A model generated the notes under the pieces. It searched no databases. It saw nothing but the letters and a program-made list of their open reading frames with translations, and was not told the DNA's origin. Below are positions 43,969 through 55,615 of a DNA stretch of 64,000 nt, one piece after another. This DNA is from Candidatus Spongiihabitans thiooxidans. GTDB taxonomy: Bacteria > Pseudomonadota > Gammaproteobacteria > Arenicellales > Poriferihabitantaceae. The first letter of the stretch is position 1, and every line of letters begins with the position of its first letter. Position numbers and translations under genes: made by a program. The DNA is taken from the NCBI GenBank assembly GCA_001543005.1, contig LFLB01000003.1, positions 221,797-285,796 of the forward strand, written 5' to 3'.

Positions 43969-45273
43969 ATGACCGCTGATACTTACCAACGTCGTCGCCA
44001 GGACCTGATGCACTTTATCGGGGATGGCATTGCCATCTTGACCACTGCGCACCATCAAATACGTAACGGCGATGTGCTTTTTCAATTTCGCCCGGACAGC
44101 GATTTTTATTATCTCACTCATTTTTCCGAGCCCGAAGCGGTGGCTGTTTTTATTCCCGGTGGAAAGGAAGGAGAATTTTTATTGTTTTGTCGGGAAAAAG
44201 ATGCGGCCAAGGAGCAATGGGATGGTCGTCGTGCCGGTCTTGAAGGCGCGGTTTCCGACTATGGTGCCGACCAGGCATTTCCTATCGACCAACTGCAGCA
44301 AAAGCTTCCAGAATTACTCGACAATCGCGACAAGGTTTATACCATGATGGGGCGCTATCTTGAATTCGACAGTGAATTATTGAACTGCATCAACGCGGTT
44401 CGGCGTAAACGCCGTTGCGGTGCCCACGCACCGGGTGAGTACGTCGATGTTCGTCATATCCTCCATGAAATGCGTATCATCAAGAAAAAAGACGAAATCA
44501 AGATCATGCGCAGCGCAGCAAAGCTGTCCGCAGCAGCGCACAGACGCGCCATGCAATTCACTCAGCCGGGGAAATTTGAATATCAGGTACAGGCGGAAAT
44601 GGAATGCGAGTTTCGTCTCGGTGGCAGCAAATACAATGCCTACCCGTCTATCGTTGCTGGCGGCGCCAACGCTTGTATTCTTCATTATCTGGAGAACAAT
44701 TGCGAATTGCATGATGGCGACTTATTGCTTATTGATGCGGGCGCGGAGGTCGATTGCTATGCCGCAGACATCACTCGAACTTTTCCGGTCAATGGAAAAT
44801 ACAGCGCTGAGCAAAAAGCGCTGTACGAAATTGTTCTGGCCGCGCAAAAAGCGGCGCTCAATGAAGTTAAACCCAACAACCGTGTGGTCGAGTATCATGT
44901 AGCGGCAGTGCAGGTGCTGACCGAGGGACTGGTTGATATTGGACTCCTGGATGGAGAAATTAACGAACTCATCGAAACCCATGCCTATCAACCGTTTTAT
45001 ATGCATCGAACCGGGCATTGGTTGGGGATGGATGTGCATGACGTGGGCGATTACAAAATTGACGAACAATGGCGTATTCTGGAACCGGGCATGGTATTGA
45101 CTGTTGAGCCGGGACTGTATATTTCGGCGGCCAAAGATATCGATCCCAGGTGGCACAATATCGGCATACGCATCGAAGACGATGTTCATGTTACGCGCCA
45201 GGGAAACGAAGTGCTCACCAAAGATGTTCCTCAAGAAATTAATGAGATAGAAGCATTGATGGCAGGAAAATGA
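43969..45273 (+). CDS. pepP: Xaa-Pro aminopeptidase
   Basis: M24B blocks DGDLLLIDAG, HRTGHWLGMDVHD, IRIEDDV. Confidence 0.9.
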   Translation: MTADTYQRRRQDLMHFIGDGIAILTTAHHQIRNGDVLFQFRPDSDFYYLTHFSEPEAVAVFIPGGKEGEFLLFCREKDAAKEQWDGRRAGLEGAVSDYGADQAFPIDQLQQKLPELLDNRDKVYTMMGRYLEFDSELLNCINAVRRKRRCGAHAPGEYVDVRHILHEMRIIKKKDEIKIMRSAAKLSAAAHRRAMQFTQPGKFEYQVQAEMECEFRLGGSKYNAYPSIVAGGANACILHYLENNCELHDGDLLLIDAGAEVDCYAADITRTFPVNGKYSAEQKALYEIVLAAQKAALNEVKPNNRVVEYHVAAVQVLTEGLVDIGLLDGEINELIETHAYQPFYMHRTGHWLGMDVHDVGDYKIDEQWRILEPGMVLTVEPGLYISAAKDIDPRWHNIGIRIEDDVHVTRQGNEVLTKDVPQEINEIEALMAGK

Positions 45274-46667
45274 CAACGGAAAATAATCCCGGAAACCACG
45301 CCCACGGACGGGATGATGCAACGGATATCATCATCATCGGCGGTGGTCTGGTGGGTGCCAGTCTCGCGGTCGCCCTCAAACCCACCGGCAAGAATGTGTT
45401 GCTTGTTGAATCTGTCAACCCTCAATCTAACGATCAATCGGCCCATCAATCTAATGACGACGAACGCACCGTGGCGCTGACCCACAGCGCAAAACTAATT
45501 TTTAGCGCAATGGGTATTTGGAAAAATATCCAGGCTATCCAGGCGCAGCCTATTTTAGATATTCACATATCAAATCGAGGTCATTTTGGTCAAACTCATC
45601 TATCCCATAAAGATGCCCGAATCAATAATACCAGGATCAATGCATTGGGTTACGTGGTGCCCATCAAGGTGATTGGAAAAGTTCTGTGGGCGCAATTGAA
45701 AAAGGATAAAAATACCCGAATTGTTTGCCCTGCCTGCGCACAAAATCTGCAGCAACACCGTGACTTTTGCTCAGTGGAAATTATCCATCAAGGAAAAACC
45801 AAACGCATCAAAGCAAAGTTGGTGGTGCTGGCGGATGGCGGTCAATCATCTCTTGGTCAGCAATTGAATCACGATGCGCAATTTCATCACAAAGCGAGGG
45901 CCACCGACTACGCACAATCTGCTGTTTTAAGTATCGTGACCACCGACCGACCCCACAATGGACACGCCTACGAACGCTTTACCGATGAAGGGCCACTGGC
46001 ACTGCTACCACATAGCACGATTGAGGGCACGGGTGATAGCGTGGGTGATGGCGTGGGTGATGCCAGGAGCCGATATGCTTTAGTGTGGACCACCCACCGG
46101 GATAATGTGGCATCGCGGATGTCTTTATCTGATGATGAATTTCTCGCATCGTTGCAAGATACATTCGGTGATCGTGCCGGAAATTTTAGCAATCCATCAC
46201 CGCGCAATCATTACCCGCTCAAACGCTCAACACTGTCCGACCCAGCCAGCGGACGAGTTATTATTATCGGCAATGCCGCCCATACCGTACATCCGGTGGC
46301 TGGGCAAGGATTTAATCTGGGATTGCGGGATGTCGCCGAACTGGCCGAAATTATCTTTAATCTGCCGGATTCGGACCGGGAAAATTCGGACCTGGAAAAT
46401 TTCGACCTGGGCGGTGAATCGATGATCAATGCCTACACTCGAGCGCGCAAGCGCGATACCGAAATGGTGAATAAATTGACCCACGGTTTAATAGCGGTTT
46501 TTTCCAACGATTCAAAAACTTTGGGCTTTATCCGAAATCTTGGGCTCACAACTATCGAGCATTGCCCACCAGCCAAACGATTCTTGTTGAAACGCACGAT
46601 GGGGCTTGCCGGCAGGCAATCGAAGCTGGCTTTGGGCATTCCCCTTGATATCGCACTGAGCGAATAG
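45270..46667 (+). CDS. ubiH: 2-octaprenyl-6-methoxyphenol hydroxylase (UbiH-type flavin monooxygenase)
   Basis: IIIIGGGLVGASLA and GNAAHTVHPVAGQGFNLGLRD blocks. It overlaps pepP by 4 nt. It contains two low-complexity tandem insertions. Confidence 0.85.
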   Translation: MTTENNPGNHAHGRDDATDIIIIGGGLVGASLAVALKPTGKNVLLVESVNPQSNDQSAHQSNDDERTVALTHSAKLIFSAMGIWKNIQAIQAQPILDIHISNRGHFGQTHLSHKDARINNTRINALGYVVPIKVIGKVLWAQLKKDKNTRIVCPACAQNLQQHRDFCSVEIIHQGKTKRIKAKLVVLADGGQSSLGQQLNHDAQFHHKARATDYAQSAVLSIVTTDRPHNGHAYERFTDEGPLALLPHSTIEGTGDSVGDGVGDARSRYALVWTTHRDNVASRMSLSDDEFLASLQDTFGDRAGNFSNPSPRNHYPLKRSTLSDPASGRVIIIGNAAHTVHPVAGQGFNLGLRDVAELAEIIFNLPDSDRENSDLENFDLGGESMINAYTRARKRDTEMVNKLTHGLIAVFSNDSKTLGFIRNLGLTTIEHCPPAKRFLLKRTMGLAGRQSKLALGIPLDIALSE

Positions 46668-46683
46668 CCATTAAGCAAATAGA

Positions 46684-47967
46684 TTGTCGGGAAATCCCAG
46701 GATGCCAAAAAAATCTACTGCACCATGTGATACAACATGCGATGCCACATTTGACCTGGTCGTCGCAGGCGCCGGGATGGTCGGCGCCACCGCCGCCTGC
46801 TTATTTGCCAAGCAAGGTTTGCGGGTCGGATTGCTTGACAGCAAGCCCGTAGCAGACGGGCAAGCGGACACCATTCATCCACGCGGCGATTCACGGGTCA
46901 GCGCAGTTAATATCGCATCAATGAATATTTTTCAGGCGTTGGAAGTATGGCAAACCATGCTGGATAAACGAGTGAGCCGCTATCACGCCATGCATGTCTG
47001 GGAACAGGGCAGCGACGCAGCCATTTCCTTCGATGCCCAAGCCTTAGGTCAACCCCAACTGGGATTTATCATCGAAAACAGTGTCATAGTCAGCGCCTTG
47101 ATTGAGAAACTGCGCCAAAACTACAATGTGTCCATCATGGAGAACACTTCTTTATCGCAAAGGCAAATCCATAAAGATAAATTAGTATTGGTCACAGAAG
47201 ACAATAAATCGCTTGAATGCGGCTTATTGGTCGGTGCCGATGGCGCACAGTCAAAAGTCCGCGAACTATGCGACATTGATACGGCTTCTTTCGATTATGA
47301 GCAGGATGCCATTGTAACCCGCGTCACCACCGAGAAAGGCCATCGAAAAACCGCGTGGCAAAGTTTTCTGCCCACCGGTCCGGTAGCCATGTTGCCGTTA
47401 CAAGATGGCAGATGTTCCATCGTCTGGTCCTGTGACCGAGCCGGTGGAATGGATTGCGCCGACCGCCTCATGGATTTATCCGATGATGCATTTTGCAAGG
47501 TACTGTCCGGCTATTTCGATCAACATCTGGGGCCAGTACTGGAATGTGATGAACGATTTCGTTTTCCATTGCGCCAGTATCATGCCGCACACTATATTTC
47601 CAAATACACCGCACTGGTAGGAGATGCCGCCCACATCACTCATCCACTGGCCGGACTCGGTGCGAATATCGGATTTATGGATGTTGCGGCCTTGGCCGAA
47701 GTTGTGGAAGCCGCTCGCACAAACGGGCGAAACATTGCCAACCACTCCGTGCTTCGGCGCTACGAACGCTGGCGCAAAGGAGAAAATGCGCTGGTATTAG
47801 GCATGATGAAAGGTTTCAAAACAGTATTCGGGCAATCTCAGGAACCCATAAAAACCGCCAGACGCCTGGGCCTGAATTTAGCCGACCGGATTCCGCCGTT
47901 AAAAGCACAATTTGCCAAATACGCCATGGGCCTGTCCGGCGATCTACCGGAAATTTGTAAAGGATAA
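46684..47967 (+). CDS. ubiI: UbiH/UbiF/VisC-family ubiquinone hydroxylase (UbiI by synteny)
   Basis: LVVAGAGMVGATAA and GDAAHITHPLAGLGANIGFMD blocks. It is third in the pepP-ubiH-visC order. The start may be the ATG at 46702. Confidence 0.8.
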   Translation: MSGNPRMPKKSTAPCDTTCDATFDLVVAGAGMVGATAACLFAKQGLRVGLLDSKPVADGQADTIHPRGDSRVSAVNIASMNIFQALEVWQTMLDKRVSRYHAMHVWEQGSDAAISFDAQALGQPQLGFIIENSVIVSALIEKLRQNYNVSIMENTSLSQRQIHKDKLVLVTEDNKSLECGLLVGADGAQSKVRELCDIDTASFDYEQDAIVTRVTTEKGHRKTAWQSFLPTGPVAMLPLQDGRCSIVWSCDRAGGMDCADRLMDLSDDAFCKVLSGYFDQHLGPVLECDERFRFPLRQYHAAHYISKYTALVGDAAHITHPLAGLGANIGFMDVAALAEVVEAARTNGRNIANHSVLRRYERWRKGENALVLGMMKGFKTVFGQSQEPIKTARRLGLNLADRIPPLKAQFAKYAMGLSGDLPEICKG

Positions 47968-48128
47968 TAAGAAACGGGGTGATCCTGGCTGTAATCCTGC
48001 CTGATGTTTTGCCGTCTTGTTTTACATGGATCAAGCCAAGCAACAGAATTGAAGTAGCAAAATACAAATCAGATGGCTGGCTGAGGTATAATAGGCACAT
48101 CAATCTCTCGTTCTACAATTAGCCGATA

Positions 48129-48554
48129 GTGGACAGCACCGATCTTAAACAAGCAGGATTAAAAACCACCCTACCCCGACTGCGGGTGTTATCCATACTT
48201 GAGAACAGCAAAATACGTCATCTCTCGGCTGAGGATGTCTATAAGGAATTGCTCAACGAGGAAGATTCAGTGGGGCTGGCCACGGTATATCGTGTGCTTA
48301 CCCAGTTTGAAGACGCAGGCTTGGTAATTCGGCATCACTTTGAAGGAGATCGATCTGTTTTTGAACTCAACGACGAAGACCATCACGATCATATGATCTG
48401 CGCCCAGTGTGGCAGGGTTACCGAATTCTTTGACGGGCGAATCGAATCTTTACAGGAAAAAGTTGCCGAGGATCACGGCTTTTCTTTACAGGACCACTCT
48501 CTTACACTCTACGGAATTTGTGCATGTTGTCAAAATAGCCGACTGCCAAAATAA
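48129..48554 (+). CDS. fur: Ferric uptake regulator
   Basis: LKQAGLKTTLPRLRVLSILE, HHDHMICAQCGRVTEF and CxxC at the C-terminus. GTG start. Confidence 0.95.
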   Translation: MDSTDLKQAGLKTTLPRLRVLSILENSKIRHLSAEDVYKELLNEEDSVGLATVYRVLTQFEDAGLVIRHHFEGDRSVFELNDEDHHDHMICAQCGRVTEFFDGRIESLQEKVAEDHGFSLQDHSLTLYGICACCQNSRLPK

Positions 48555-48618
48555 TCCGTAAAATCATACCCTGTAAACAATAACTCATTTCTATTAATTT
48601 TTTTCACGGAGCAGTTTT

Positions 48619-49557
48619 GTGTCCACTTTAATCACTGGTTCGTTCGCCTATGACACCATTATGGTGTTCCCGGATCAATTTAAAAACCACATTCTTCCCG
48701 AACAGGTACACATCCTCAATGTGTGCTTTTTGGTGCCCGATATGCGCAAGGAATTCGGCGGCTGCTCGGGCAATATTTCATATAATCTACACCTGCTTGG
48801 CGGCGAGCCTGTGCCGATGGGTACGGTTGGTCAGGATTTCACGCCCTATCGTAATTGGCTGGAAAAAATTGGCATCAATCATAGCCATGTAAAGGAAATC
48901 CCGAACACCTATACCGCCCAGGCATTCATTACTACGGATACCGACAATAATCAAATTACCGCATTTCACCCCGGAGCAATGAATCATGCCCACCAGAATA
49001 AAATTAGCGAGGCCACGAATATCGACATTGGCATAGTCGCTCCGGACGGCCTTGATGCCATGATTGAGCATGCCGCGCAGTTTGCCGACGCCAACATTCC
49101 GTTTTTCTTTGACCCCGGCCAAGGCTTACCCATGTTTGATGGAGACCAGCTCAATCGGTTTATTGCGCAATCGAACTATGTGGTTGTCAACGACTATGAA
49201 TCGGAAATGCTGATCGACAAAACCGGCAAAAGTCTGGCGCAAATCGCAAGGCAAGTTGAGGCTCTAATCGTTACCCGTGGCGGAGACGGCTGTGACATTT
49301 ATGCGAACGACACCCAAATTCATATCGCCCCAATTAAGATATCCGGGATTAAAGACCCCACAGGTTGTGGCGACGCCTTTAGATCTGGATTGCTATACGG
49401 TGTGGCTAACCAGTGGGATTGGCAATCGACCGGTCAATTGGCATCGGTAATGGGCGGCATTAAAATTGAACACTCCGGAACCCAAAATCATCAACCAGGC
49501 AAAAGCGATATCGAATCCCGCTACAAAGAAAATTTCGCAACAGCGATTTCATTGTAG
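48619..49557 (+). CDS. PfkB-family carbohydrate/nucleoside kinase
   Basis: C-terminal PfkB signature DPTGCGDAFRSG. 312 aa. Confidence 0.8.
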   Translation: MSTLITGSFAYDTIMVFPDQFKNHILPEQVHILNVCFLVPDMRKEFGGCSGNISYNLHLLGGEPVPMGTVGQDFTPYRNWLEKIGINHSHVKEIPNTYTAQAFITTDTDNNQITAFHPGAMNHAHQNKISEATNIDIGIVAPDGLDAMIEHAAQFADANIPFFFDPGQGLPMFDGDQLNRFIAQSNYVVVNDYESEMLIDKTGKSLAQIARQVEALIVTRGGDGCDIYANDTQIHIAPIKISGIKDPTGCGDAFRSGLLYGVANQWDWQSTGQLASVMGGIKIEHSGTQNHQPGKSDIESRYKENFATAISL

Positions 49558-49689
49558 AGAATCAAGTCGGGGAGACGCCATAACTATCCAGGCCATTGCG
49601 GCCAATGATAAACCCGGAGCAATCCATACCCCAGCCAGAACATTACGTTTTTGCATTATCTAGCCCGGATATCCGAATTTAATATTATT

Positions 49690-51303
49690 TCAGGCCGACT
49701 CCCTGAGCAGTCGGCGAATTATCTTTCCCGTGCTTGTTTGTGGCAAAGCTTCAACGAATTCTATTTCACGAGGATATTCATGCGCCGACAGACGCTCCTT
49801 TACCCATTGCTGAAGCTCGCCCATTAATTGCTCGGATTGTTTGGAATTATCATTCAGTTTGATAAATGCCTTGACAATTTCTGTCCGCATCGAATCCGGC
49901 TTACCGATAACAGCCGCCATCTGTACCGCTGGATGGCCTATCAGACAATCTTCAATCTCCCCCGGTCCAATCCGATATCCCGACGAGGTAATCACATCAT
50001 CATCGCGCGCCACAAACTTTATCGCGCCATTTTTTTGGGCAATCCCCTTATCGCCGGTCAACATCCATTCCCCAATAAATTTCTCCTGAGTTTTTTCCGC
50101 ATTATTCCAGTATCCTAAAAACATAACCGGGTCGGGGGCGCGCACGGCGATGTTGCCAATTTCTCCGAGCGCAACAGCTTCTCCTGTCGCCGAAATCACC
50201 TGAACATCGTGCCCCGGCGCCGGCAATCCCATTACCCCGGGAGCCGACGGAAAAAGTGCTGCGCAGCTCGACACAATCATATTGCACTCGGTCTGTCCAT
50301 AAAATTCATTGATGGTGATACCAAATATTTCACGCCCCCACTCCAATAGCTCGGCCCCGAGCGTTTCACCACCACTGGCAATCGTTCGCATCGGCTTTGC
50401 GACATGACTTTGCGCCTTGCTGACTGCACGCATCATCTTTAATGCTGTGGGTGGCAAAAATGCATTACGTATTTCATGTTTATCAATCAAAGCAAACGCG
50501 GCTTCTCCGGTGAACTTCTTAAAACGACAGGATACAACGGCAACGCCGTGGTGCAAGGCCGGCATTAACACATCCATCAATCCGCCAATCCAGGCCCAGT
50601 CGGCCGGAGTCCAGATTTTATCGCCTGGTTGCGGAAATAAGTCATGGCTCATCTCCACACCCGGAAGATGCCCCAGTAAAGTGCGATGGGCATGTAACGC
50701 CCCTTTTGGGTTTCCCGTCGTGCCTGAGGTGTAAATAATTAATGCGGGATCATCTGCTCGGGTATTTTGCGATGGATAATCCTCGCTATGCCATTCTATT
50801 TCTTTGGCTAAATCAATAGAATTGAACTGATTACCTTCAATACAAAGAATGTTTTGTAAATTAGGCAACTGGTCGAAAATTTCGGATAGCTTGTGAGCCC
50901 CTTGAGCATGGGTAATCACGATTTTGGCGGCACAGTCGACAAGACGAAATTGCAACGCATCCCTTCCGAACAGCGTAAACAAAGGCACCGCAATAGCGGC
51001 CAGCTTGTACACAGCGATATGGGAAATTGCAGTATATGGATTTTGAGGCAGTAGAATCCCAACTCGGTCGCCCCGACCAATACCCAGATTGGTTAACAGA
51101 TTGGCAAGTTGATTTGATCGTGCCTTTAACTGCTGGTAGGTGAATTCTTCCTGATAGTCACCATCGTCATGAATAATCGCAACCTGGTCAGGGCAGGTAT
51201 CCGCCCAACGATCACACACATCAACGCCAATATTGTAGTATTCAGGAATATCCCATCTGAATCGGTCACGAATTTCTTCGAATGAGTTCCCTGTTTCCAG
51301 CAT
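49690..51303 (-). CDS. AMP-forming acyl-CoA synthetase
   Basis: AMP-binding motif IIYTSGTTGNPKG and a C-terminal TGKIIRR-type block. Confidence 0.85.
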   Translation of the reverse strand: MLETGNSFEEIRDRFRWDIPEYYNIGVDVCDRWADTCPDQVAIIHDDGDYQEEFTYQQLKARSNQLANLLTNLGIGRGDRVGILLPQNPYTAISHIAVYKLAAIAVPLFTLFGRDALQFRLVDCAAKIVITHAQGAHKLSEIFDQLPNLQNILCIEGNQFNSIDLAKEIEWHSEDYPSQNTRADDPALIIYTSGTTGNPKGALHAHRTLLGHLPGVEMSHDLFPQPGDKIWTPADWAWIGGLMDVLMPALHHGVAVVSCRFKKFTGEAAFALIDKHEIRNAFLPPTALKMMRAVSKAQSHVAKPMRTIASGGETLGAELLEWGREIFGITINEFYGQTECNMIVSSCAALFPSAPGVMGLPAPGHDVQVISATGEAVALGEIGNIAVRAPDPVMFLGYWNNAEKTQEKFIGEWMLTGDKGIAQKNGAIKFVARDDDVITSSGYRIGPGEIEDCLIGHPAVQMAAVIGKPDSMRTEIVKAFIKLNDNSKQSEQLMGELQQWVKERLSAHEYPREIEFVEALPQTSTGKIIRRLLRESA

Positions 51304-51341
51304 TATCGACTACATTGCATCTCTATGGGCGCCATCCAGGC

Positions 51342-52193
51342 TCAGTGGTATTGATAAAATCCTTCTCCGGTTTTTCGCCCCAGGTAATTGGCATCAACCA
51401 TCTTTTTCAACAACGGGCAGGGTCGGAATTTCGGATCGCCCATACCCTCTTGTAAAACCTCCAATACCGAAAGGCAAATATCCAGGCCAATTAAATCCGC
51501 CAATGCCAGAGGGCCAAGCGGATGGTTCATACCCAATTTCATTATTTCATCTATCGCTTGCGCTGTGGCGACGCCCTCATGCAGCGCAAAAATGGCTTCG
51601 TTGATCATTGGAATCAGGATGCGATTAGACACAAAACCCGGACTGTCATTTGCGACCACTGGCGTTTTTCCCAATCGGCGAGAAACCGATTCCACCCGCT
51701 GACAGGTTTGATCGCTGGTTTGCATTGCCCGTATGATCTCGACTAACTGCATTACTGCAACCGGATTCATGAAATGCATGCCGATGACTTTATCCGGGCG
51801 ATTTGTTTGTGCAGCGATACGGGTAAGTGAAATTGATGAAGTATTGGAGGCAAGTACAACATCAGACTTACACAGCGAATCCAGTTGGTTGAAAATCCTG
51901 GCTTTGACCTCAAAATTTTCAACCACCGCTTCTATTACAAAATCAGCTTCGCTAAGGATATTGAGATCCGTTGTAGTGGAAATTTTGAGTAATGCAGACG
52001 ATTTTTCATCGGCACTGATCTTTTCTTTTTTCAGCAGCCGCTGCAGACTACTCTCGATGCTCAGCGTAGCCCGTTCGAGAGATTCGTAATCGACATCCAC
52101 TAACATTACATTGAAACCAGATGTGGCAAATACCTGTGCGATGCCATTTCCCATGGTCCCCGCACCGATCACGCCGACTGTTTTTATGTTCAT
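51342..52193 (-). CDS. hbd: 3-hydroxybutyryl-CoA (3-hydroxyacyl-CoA) dehydrogenase
   Basis: VGVIGAGTMGNGIA Rossmann fold and an HMNP-type block (GMHFMNPV). 283 aa. Confidence 0.9.
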   Translation of the reverse strand: MNIKTVGVIGAGTMGNGIAQVFATSGFNVMLVDVDYESLERATLSIESSLQRLLKKEKISADEKSSALLKISTTTDLNILSEADFVIEAVVENFEVKARIFNQLDSLCKSDVVLASNTSSISLTRIAAQTNRPDKVIGMHFMNPVAVMQLVEIIRAMQTSDQTCQRVESVSRRLGKTPVVANDSPGFVSNRILIPMINEAIFALHEGVATAQAIDEIMKLGMNHPLGPLALADLIGLDICLSVLEVLQEGMGDPKFRPCPLLKKMVDANYLGRKTGEGFYQYH

Positions 52194-52231
52194 TTTTTAT
52201 TTTTTATTCAGGCACTTAAAACTTCAGGTCG

Positions 52232-55200
52232 CTACATATTGCGGCGATACTGGCCGCCAACTTCATATAATGCATCCGAAATCTGACCGAGAGAACAATA
52301 CCGAACCGCAACCATCAATTGCGTAAAAATATTTTCGTTATTGACCGCAGCTTGTTTAACCCTGATTAGCGCATCATCGCAGTGCGCGCGATTTTTCTCA
52401 TGGAACGAGCGCAATCTTTTAATCTGGCTTTGCTTTTCCTGCTCGGTGGAACGAGATAGTTCTATGGCCGCAACCGCCTCAACTGGATTGTCCCGATTGG
52501 TATTGAGAAACGTATTGACCCCGATGATGGGCAAACTGCCGTCATGTTTGCGCTGCTCGTAAACCATCGACTGGTCTTGTATCTTGCCGCGTTGGTAACC
52601 GGTTTCCATTGCCCCCAGCACCCCTCCGCGTTCAGAAATTCGTTCAAATTCCGTAAGCACGGCTTGTTCCAACAACTCGGTCAGTTCATCAATAATAAAA
52701 CTCCCCTGATTAGGGTTCTCATTCATCGCCAGACCCCATTCATTATTGATAATTAATTGTATCGCCATCGCCCGACGCACCGATTCATCCGTCGGCGTGG
52801 TAATCGCCTCATCAAAGGCATTGGTATGCAGGCTATTGCAATTGTCATAGATTGCAATTAACGCTTGCAAACTTGTACGTATATCATTGAAATCCATTTC
52901 CTGTGCATGCAGGGATCTGCCTGAGGTTTGAATGTGATATTTTAATTTCTGTGAACGCTCATTGGCGCCATAACGATCGCGCATTGCAACCGCCCAGATT
53001 CTTCTGGCAACACGACCCATCACGGTATATTCGGCACACATGCCGTTGCTAAAGAAAAACGATAAATTGCCAGCAAAATCATCAATATGCATTCCTCTGG
53101 CTAAATAGGCTTCTATATAGGTAAATCCATTAGCCAGCGTAAATGCCAGTTGAGATATTGGATTGGCGCCAGCCTCGGCGATGTGGTAGCCCGATATAGA
53201 TACCGAATAAAAATTGCGAATCTGGTTGTCGGTGAAATACGCCTGAATATCGCCCATTAATTTCAACGCAAATTCAGTGGAGAAGATGCAGGTGTTTTGG
53301 CCCTGGTCTTCCTTGAGAATGTCGGCCTGCACGGTGCCGCGAACATTAGCCAGCGCAGTGCTTCGAATTTCCGCCGCTTGCTCGGTATTCGGTGTTGTGC
53401 CTTGATCGGCGGTAAACGCCGCGACCTGTTGATCGATGGCAACATTCAAAAACATGGCTAAAATTATCGGCGCCGGCCCATTGATTGTCATCGAAACCGA
53501 AGTCGTTGGACTGCATAAATCAAACCCTTCGTATAAGGCTTTAAGGTCATCCACAGTGGCGATGGACACGCCGGAATTTCCTACCTTGCCATAAATATCC
53601 GGGCGTTCGTCAGGGTCGCATCCGTACAGGGTTACCGAATCAAACGCCGTCGAAAGGCGTTTTGCTGCGGAATATTCCGACAGTTTTCGAAACCGCTGAT
53701 TGGTCTTAAAGGCATCACCCTCACCGGCAAACATTCGGGTAGGCGCTTCGTTGTCGCGCTTAAATGGAAAAACCCCGGCGGTAAATGGAAATCGCCCCGG
53801 CAGATTATCCAGCATCAGCCACTTCAAGCATTCCCCATGATCTGCATAGCCCGGCAAGGCAACTTTCGAAACTTTTGTACCCGAAAGCGTTTCAAATTTT
53901 AATTGGGTTGTTATTTCCTTATCCCGAACAACCACTACCAACTCATCGTTGGCGTAGTCTTGTTTTAACCGCCGCCACGCCGTTAGCTGCGCCACGCTCT
54001 CTGTGCCAAGCATTGATTTTTTCTGCGCTATCAATAATTCCAAAGCCTGATTATCGGTATGGCCGGAATCAACCAGCATGGACAGCGACGATTCCAATTG
54101 TTGTATTTCTCTCGCCTTTTGCGATTCACTGATGGCCCGAATTTTATAGTCACGAACAGTTTCCGCAATTTCCGCCAGGTAGCGGATGCGCTTCTCCGGA
54201 ATAATTTTATGCTGATCGGTTGAATATCGTGTCGTAACAACGGGCAATCTATTGGCCGATTTATTGGGCATTTCATGGCTTAGGAAAGACCATCCTCGGT
54301 CATCGAATTGCGACAATATTTCCTGATACAAAGCGGTCAATCCATCGTCGTTGAAGCGTGCCGCAATGGTGCCAAAAACAGGCATCTCCAGTGAATTGGT
54401 GGAAAAAGCCCCGCGGTTACGCTGTACTTGCTTGCACACATCGCGATAGGCATCCGCGGCACCTTTTCGATCGAACTTATTAATCGCAACCACGTCAGCA
54501 AAATCCAGCATGTCTATTTTTTCAAGCTGAGATTGTGCGCCGAATTCCGGGGTCATCACGTATAACGAGCAGTCAACCAGAGATGAAATACCGGCATTGC
54601 CCTGCCCGATTCCAGGCGTCTCCACGATAATCAAGTCGAATCCGGTAACCTTGCAGGCGCCAATCATGTCCGACACATACTCCGGTAATTCGGTATTGCT
54701 GCCGCGAGTTGCCACCGAGCGCATATAAATATTATCGTGATTGATTGCATTCATGCGAATTCGATCGCCCAGTAATGCGCCGCCAGTTTTGCGGCGAGTT
54801 GGGTCAACCGCAATGATTGCGATTTTTAACCCGTCGTCGAAGCCCATTCGAAACCGTAATATCAATTCGTCGGTTAATGACGATTTACCTGCGCCACCAG
54901 TGCCGGTGATTCCAAGCACAGGAATTTTATCTGCTGAATTGTGGTTATAGTGTGCAATCTGCTTCATTAATTCACTGGTTGCAGTGCGATTCTCAAGCGC
55001 AGATAAAACCTGAGACAACGCTCTGCGGTCGCCATTGATTAACGGTTGCAGAGTTTGTGGCGCGTCCACTGCGGTATCGAATTGACTCAAGGCGATGGCA
55101 TTTTCAATCATGCCACTGAGCCCCAACGCCTGACCATCTTGCGGGGTATAGATGCGAGTCACGCCGTATTCTTCCAGAATCGCTTTTTCTTGCGCGACAA

Positions 55201-55549
55201 TGACACCACCACCGCCGGCAAATACGCGGATTTTGTCTCCGCCATTTTGACGTAGCATATCCATCATGTACTTGAGGTATTCGACATGCCCGCCCTGATA
55301 AGAGCTCAGTGCGATACCGTGCGCATCTTCCTGCAATGCGGCATTCACCACTTCGGCAACCGAGCGATTGTGCCCAAGATGAATAACCTCGACACCCGAC
55401 GCCTGCAGAATTCGACGCATGATATTGATTGCCACATCATGCCCATCGAATAAACTGGCCGCGGTGACAAAGCGAATATTTGATATCGCTTTTACTGACA
55501 ATGGGTTGGCCTTGCTTAAAATAGTCTTGCCCACAATAGTCTTACCCAA
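52232..55549 (-). CDS. icmF: Fused isobutyryl-CoA mutase IcmF (B12-binding domain + MeaB-like GTPase + mutase domain)
   Basis: 1105 aa. It has an N-terminal B12 domain ([15 protein letters not shown]), a P-loop ([12 protein letters not shown]) and a C-terminal methylmalonyl-CoA-mutase-like barrel. TTG start. Confidence 0.9.
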   Translation of the reverse strand: MGKTIVGKTILSKANPLSVKAISNIRFVTAASLFDGHDVAINIMRRILQASGVEVIHLGHNRSVAEVVNAALQEDAHGIALSSYQGGHVEYLKYMMDMLRQNGGDKIRVFAGGGGVIVAQEKAILEEYGVTRIYTPQDGQALGLSGMIENAIALSQFDTAVDAPQTLQPLINGDRRALSQVLSALENRTATSELMKQIAHYNHNSADKIPVLGITGTGGAGKSSLTDELILRFRMGFDDGLKIAIIAVDPTRRKTGGALLGDRIRMNAINHDNIYMRSVATRGSNTELPEYVSDMIGACKVTGFDLIIVETPGIGQGNAGISSLVDCSLYVMTPEFGAQSQLEKIDMLDFADVVAINKFDRKGAADAYRDVCKQVQRNRGAFSTNSLEMPVFGTIAARFNDDGLTALYQEILSQFDDRGWSFLSHEMPNKSANRLPVVTTRYSTDQHKIIPEKRIRYLAEIAETVRDYKIRAISESQKAREIQQLESSLSMLVDSGHTDNQALELLIAQKKSMLGTESVAQLTAWRRLKQDYANDELVVVVRDKEITTQLKFETLSGTKVSKVALPGYADHGECLKWLMLDNLPGRFPFTAGVFPFKRDNEAPTRMFAGEGDAFKTNQRFRKLSEYSAAKRLSTAFDSVTLYGCDPDERPDIYGKVGNSGVSIATVDDLKALYEGFDLCSPTTSVSMTINGPAPIILAMFLNVAIDQQVAAFTADQGTTPNTEQAAEIRSTALANVRGTVQADILKEDQGQNTCIFSTEFALKLMGDIQAYFTDNQIRNFYSVSISGYHIAEAGANPISQLAFTLANGFTYIEAYLARGMHIDDFAGNLSFFFSNGMCAEYTVMGRVARRIWAVAMRDRYGANERSQKLKYHIQTSGRSLHAQEMDFNDIRTSLQALIAIYDNCNSLHTNAFDEAITTPTDESVRRAMAIQLIINNEWGLAMNENPNQGSFIIDELTELLEQAVLTEFERISERGGVLGAMETGYQRGKIQDQSMVYEQRKHDGSLPIIGVNTFLNTNRDNPVEAVAAIELSRSTEQEKQSQIKRLRSFHEKNRAHCDDALIRVKQAAVNNENIFTQLMVAVRYCSLGQISDALYEVGGQYRRNM

Positions 55550-55599
55550 AATAATCCTCGCTTCCGAAGTTGGATTCTGTTAGCTTTGCAACTTACATT

Positions 55600-55615
55600 A
55601 CGTTTACGTAAACGT
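55600..55615. promoter_or_regulatory. Perfect 16-bp palindrome ACGTTTACGTAAACGT in the icmF / MerR-regulator divergent region (candidate MerR/LiuR-type operator)
   Basis: Read directly from the sequence. It is centred in the 124-bp intergenic region between the divergent genes. Confidence 0.5.
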
